From Candidatus Delongbacteria bacterium (GTDB lineage Bacteria > UBA4055), in the NCBI GenBank assembly GCA_028702975.1, contig JAQVNT010000001.1, forward strand, positions 1 through 35,782: DNA of 35,782 nt, read 5' to 3'. A program made the position numbers and the translations under genes. Positions 34,201-35,782 of this stretch are shown piece after piece (within the stretch, counting starts at the first letter, position 1; each line of letters begins with the position of its first letter). Below the pieces are notes generated by a model, which did not search any database, was not told where the DNA came from, and saw only the letters and a program-made list of their open reading frames with translations.

Positions 34201-34939
34201 ATCCAATGGATTCGAAGAAAAGTCTCATTCCGTGAATTCCGTCTCTTGAAGGCGGATTTAACTCGTCTGCTTTATCATAAAGCTTTGATCCGCTCGGTGC
34301 AAGGTAAGACCATAAAGAAGTACTTCCGTCAATGTTTTCCCAATTGTTAAATTGGTTCGTACCCATAAAGTCACCGGTACATCTCTGTCCGTCATTATAG
34401 TTGTGCTCCGTCCAGCTTCCGAAATACGGGTCGCCTTCGCTGTCGGGCTGTACCCAGTAGTCGTCACCGTGTCCATAAGCAGATCTTCCATCGACTCCCA
34501 TTTTTGTTGCTGCTACGGGAACCTGAGATGTACCGCTCTGAGATGCCTGAGTGTTCCATACAGCATTCGACATAGGCTGGAGTCCGCCGTTTTCCGGTCC
34601 GATATAGATGTTGTCGGCACCGTAATTGTCATAATACCCAGCAAACATAGAGGTTGCCGTTGCTGTACAGCCATAAGACCAATCATAGCACGGAACATTA
34701 GTTAGGTAATTAATTTCTTTAGAATCCGCTTTGTCCACTTTCGGATAATTCGGCTTGAAAGGAGACAAACTTGGATCTGACGGTGGTTTTCCGATCATGG
34801 TACGCATAACCATTTTGTTTCCGTCTTTATCAACAGCATACCTGATGTGTTTCATCCCTTCACCCTTATACTGTGCGCTAAGGATGATCGGAAAAATGAT
34901 TAGTGCAGCAAGCACTATCATTTTTATTTTGTTTTGCAT
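31214..34939 (-). CDS. Very large secreted protein: N-terminal papain-fold cysteine peptidase (C10/streptopain-like motif) + repeated beta-rich domains + FN3-like C-terminal end
   Basis: GGAGGAG-TTTT-ATG start at 34939 (the ORF track starts at 34975). Signal peptide present. WSYGCTATATSMFAGYY resembles the streptopain catalytic GCVATATAQIM, and DNHSVLGYGYD is a candidate His. The central and C-terminal regions are co-linear with 15175..17577. Confidence 0.6.
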   Translation of the reverse strand: MQNKIKMIVLAALIIFPIILSAQYKGEGMKHIRYAVDKDGNKMVMRTMIGKPPSDPSLSPFKPNYPKVDKADSKEINYLTNVPCYDWSYGCTATATSMFAGYYDNYGADNIYIGPENGGLQPMSNAVWNTQASQSGTSQVPVAATKMGVDGRSAYGHGDDYWVQPDSEGDPYFGSWTEHNYNDGQRCTGDFMGTNQFNNWENIDGSTSLWSYLAPSGSKLYDKADELNPPSRDGIHGMRLFFESIGYDVDLNYTQLIDGFDDPTTTEDDTVIGGYTFQDYMNAIDSGRPVILGLDNHSVLGYGYDNTGGAEIMYVRSTWYNSASYAVPGAETMTFGGDELQGLYHYAMSEVILSPKSYYSAPDDVFALNFNRSVTVTWSDPSEGTKNLTYNVYRDDVFLANTATAGYVDNTAADGVHSYMVKAVYTDPDPDLESYPSNYSFVYVSISVTEFHDDFESGSGQWLLYNGWGLDTQYKYAGAYSLSDSPGVNYADDLEFLPEGGSIGEIAPGMNFTSALDATCDFYLRYVIEESFDYLHFQSCKDGVNWVTLQTWSSETLGLTWAQKSFSLGVFAGESNVRFRFLMQSDQGYNAAGTNVDNINIVPNNTSDLTPPFVMWSVPRDYYDNNNQDGYTIVTDIIDVSGVNYAHVIYSVDGGANQVLNPTSVNGIEYTFVIPPQAVGAYVEYDFECQDNAPTHNTGTYGTYRYIPGPYYYQAGWHRVFDNGFVTYIGTLTNPPADTQYDYLEAVSVKFTSFHDDVEGLVVRGYTDQGQPANANMLIQIYDDNNGIPGNPLLPSPVSFANPATLGETQKWAYVDLSSYTQLQDLTGTFHAAVSSATGTTIINYTQASESQMYPYGATCWKGYIMGGETQSTWYPMPDVNQHTRIVTTDYGYTPGIIETSAAIINETVPVDGTDSGSFQISNVGDYALDYNGSIEYTSWPGSGSIDVHSNNFNAGISPYTVAGSWVTGAGSTWNDGTQCAQVTVQTSSSVLTSNVFDGTDAVDLYLDFDQTFLYKTGSSSKVDYSIDGGTSWTTIYNNAATTTAVHQHIAIPNVSNNMKLRFTAVITKSGPSTGYWKVDNIVVSGTEVIGDWLTIDGGITTSGSLNPSESAALNYGLDATGLAEGDYSATIKLTSDYSNKNVYVNMTVGGTGPVIPAVPANIVTSIVGGDVYINWDDSAAATAYAVYSSADPYGTFTLFEDNIAVSEFTYTPSVSKMFFYVIAKNSTKESPKTLVVKKAK

Positions 34940-35064
34940 AAAACTCCTCCATTTTGTTTTGGTTTTTAACTTCATATTGAGTTTGGCATTATAAACATTT
35001 TTTCTCTTCGCTTGACTTTAATCATTACTCGCTCTTCGCAACATTAAACAAAATATAGAAATTA

Positions 35065-35102
35065 TCCGGTATTGTCAACAACTTTATTTGAAAACAATAC
35101 CG
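35065..35102 (-). terminator. Possible terminator hairpin (10-bp stem, 18-nt loop)
   Basis: ccggtattgt (35065-35074) pairs with acacataccgg-type arm acaataccgg (35093-35102). It lies downstream of the T9SS-CTD gene. The trailing sequence is only moderately U-rich. Confidence 0.35.
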
Positions 35103-35113
35103 GGTCTTTTCCT

Positions 35114-35782
35114 CTACTTTATCAGAACCATCTTTTTGGTCAGTGTTTTCTCCGGCGTTTTGAGAGTGTAATAATATACACCGCTGTTTAAACCTGATGC
35201 ATTGAAGTTAACCTTCCTGAAGCCCTCGTTAATCTTTTCGTTAACCAGAGAAGCAACTTTCTCACCCTTTACATTATATACAGACAGTTCGACGTCACCC
35301 GCTATCCTGTTGTAGAAACTGATGCTTGTTTCAGGATTGAAAGGATTCGGATAGTTCTGGCATAACTCTGTAGTTGATGATACGAATTCGTTCTCTATTC
35401 CGTTAGGTATCTGAGAGACATACATTCTTATATAGAATGCTCCCCAAAGATTTGTAGTCCACTTAGTAACTGAATTCCACTGCCATGCATGACTTTTGTC
35501 ACCGTTTTCATCAAGCATGATCTCATTATAAACAGGGGTCTGAAAAACAAGTGCTACATGTCCGTAAATCGGAGTGTTCTTACCGTTCTCAATATGAAGC
35601 GTATCTGCTCCTGCGGCAAAATTATGAACCCCCTGCAGGTCACCGATCACGTTGTCTGTAGGTGCTCCAATAGGATTGTCAAATTCATCAAGGTTTCCTA
35701 TATTGGGATCAAATTGAACGAGTTTCCACGAAATATTGTTTGCTGTGTATTCCCAACCTATCTCGATCTTATTTAAATATAG
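35114..35782 (-). CDS. Secreted protein with T9SS (Por) C-terminal sorting domain; 5' end truncated by the window edge
   Basis: The frame stays open from 35650 to 35782, so the GTG start in the ORF track is an artefact. The C-terminal end LCQNYPNPFNPETSISFY...VELSVYNVKGEKVASL...SGVYYYTLKT...KKMVLIK is a classic TIGR04183-type CTD. Confidence 0.75.
   Translation of the reverse strand, partial: LYLNKIEIGWEYTANNISWKLVQFDPNIGNLDEFDNPIGAPTDNVIGDLQGVHNFAAGADTLHIENGKNTPIYGHVALVFQTPVYNEIMLDENGDKSHAWQWNSVTKWTTNLWGAFYIRMYVSQIPNGIENEFVSSTTELCQNYPNPFNPETSISFYNRIAGDVELSVYNVKGEKVASLVNEKINEGFRKVNFNASGLNSGVYYYTLKTPEKTLTKKMVLIK

Overview
All calls come from reading the sequence and ORF track by eye. No database searches were run, and identities and GC values are spot estimates. 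The window looks like an FCB-superphylum-type bacterium (inference). The evidence is several secreted proteins ending in T9SS-type or FlgD-Ig-like C-terminal sorting domains, plus a Bacteroidota-style GG-leader/radical-SAM peptide system.

Right two thirds (13.4-35.8 kb): mostly ordinary genes.
- Surface proteins: a tandem lamin-tail-domain protein, and two paralogous large secreted proteins, one with a C10-like cysteine-peptidase head.
- A cobalamin-riboswitch-like leader, then a TonB-dependent receptor, then a beta-propeller lipoprotein (BtuB/BtuG-like).
- Housekeeping genes: a metallophosphoesterase, def, yajC, tRNA-Asp and tRNA-Val, a PpiD-like chaperone, ComEC, and a ParE-like topoisomerase subunit.
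- A CheW-like orphan, a MORN-variant lipoprotein, and a truncated T9SS-CTD protein at the right edge.

Left third (0.15-13.2 kb): the interesting part. It lies entirely on the minus strand and is bounded by a tRNA-Sec-like gene. Gene order on the minus strand is:
1. A 719-aa HTH+TPR protein.
2. An unannotated 53-aa signal-peptide peptide.
3. A KTSC-domain protein.
4. Two MarA-sized stand-alone AraC DNA-binding proteins.
5. Module B: an unannotated 51-aa GG-leader precursor, a radical-SAM/SPASM maturase, and a 6-bladed beta-propeller lipoprotein.
6. Module A: an unannotated 49-aa GG-leader precursor, a radical-SAM/SPASM maturase, and a propeller lipoprotein.
7. A C39-peptidase ABC exporter.
8. 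A HlyD-like N-terminal stub.
9. A Zn-ribbon methyltransferase fused to a membrane domain.

The two very AT-rich modules share a conserved precursor core, V[DE][DE]GTPGTx4CD, with a single Cys. They also share conserved upstream leader DNA and a hairpin between precursor and maturase. I consider this duplicated peptide/rSAM/propeller system the best candidate for an undescribed system. No CRISPR array, integrase or complete IS element was seen.
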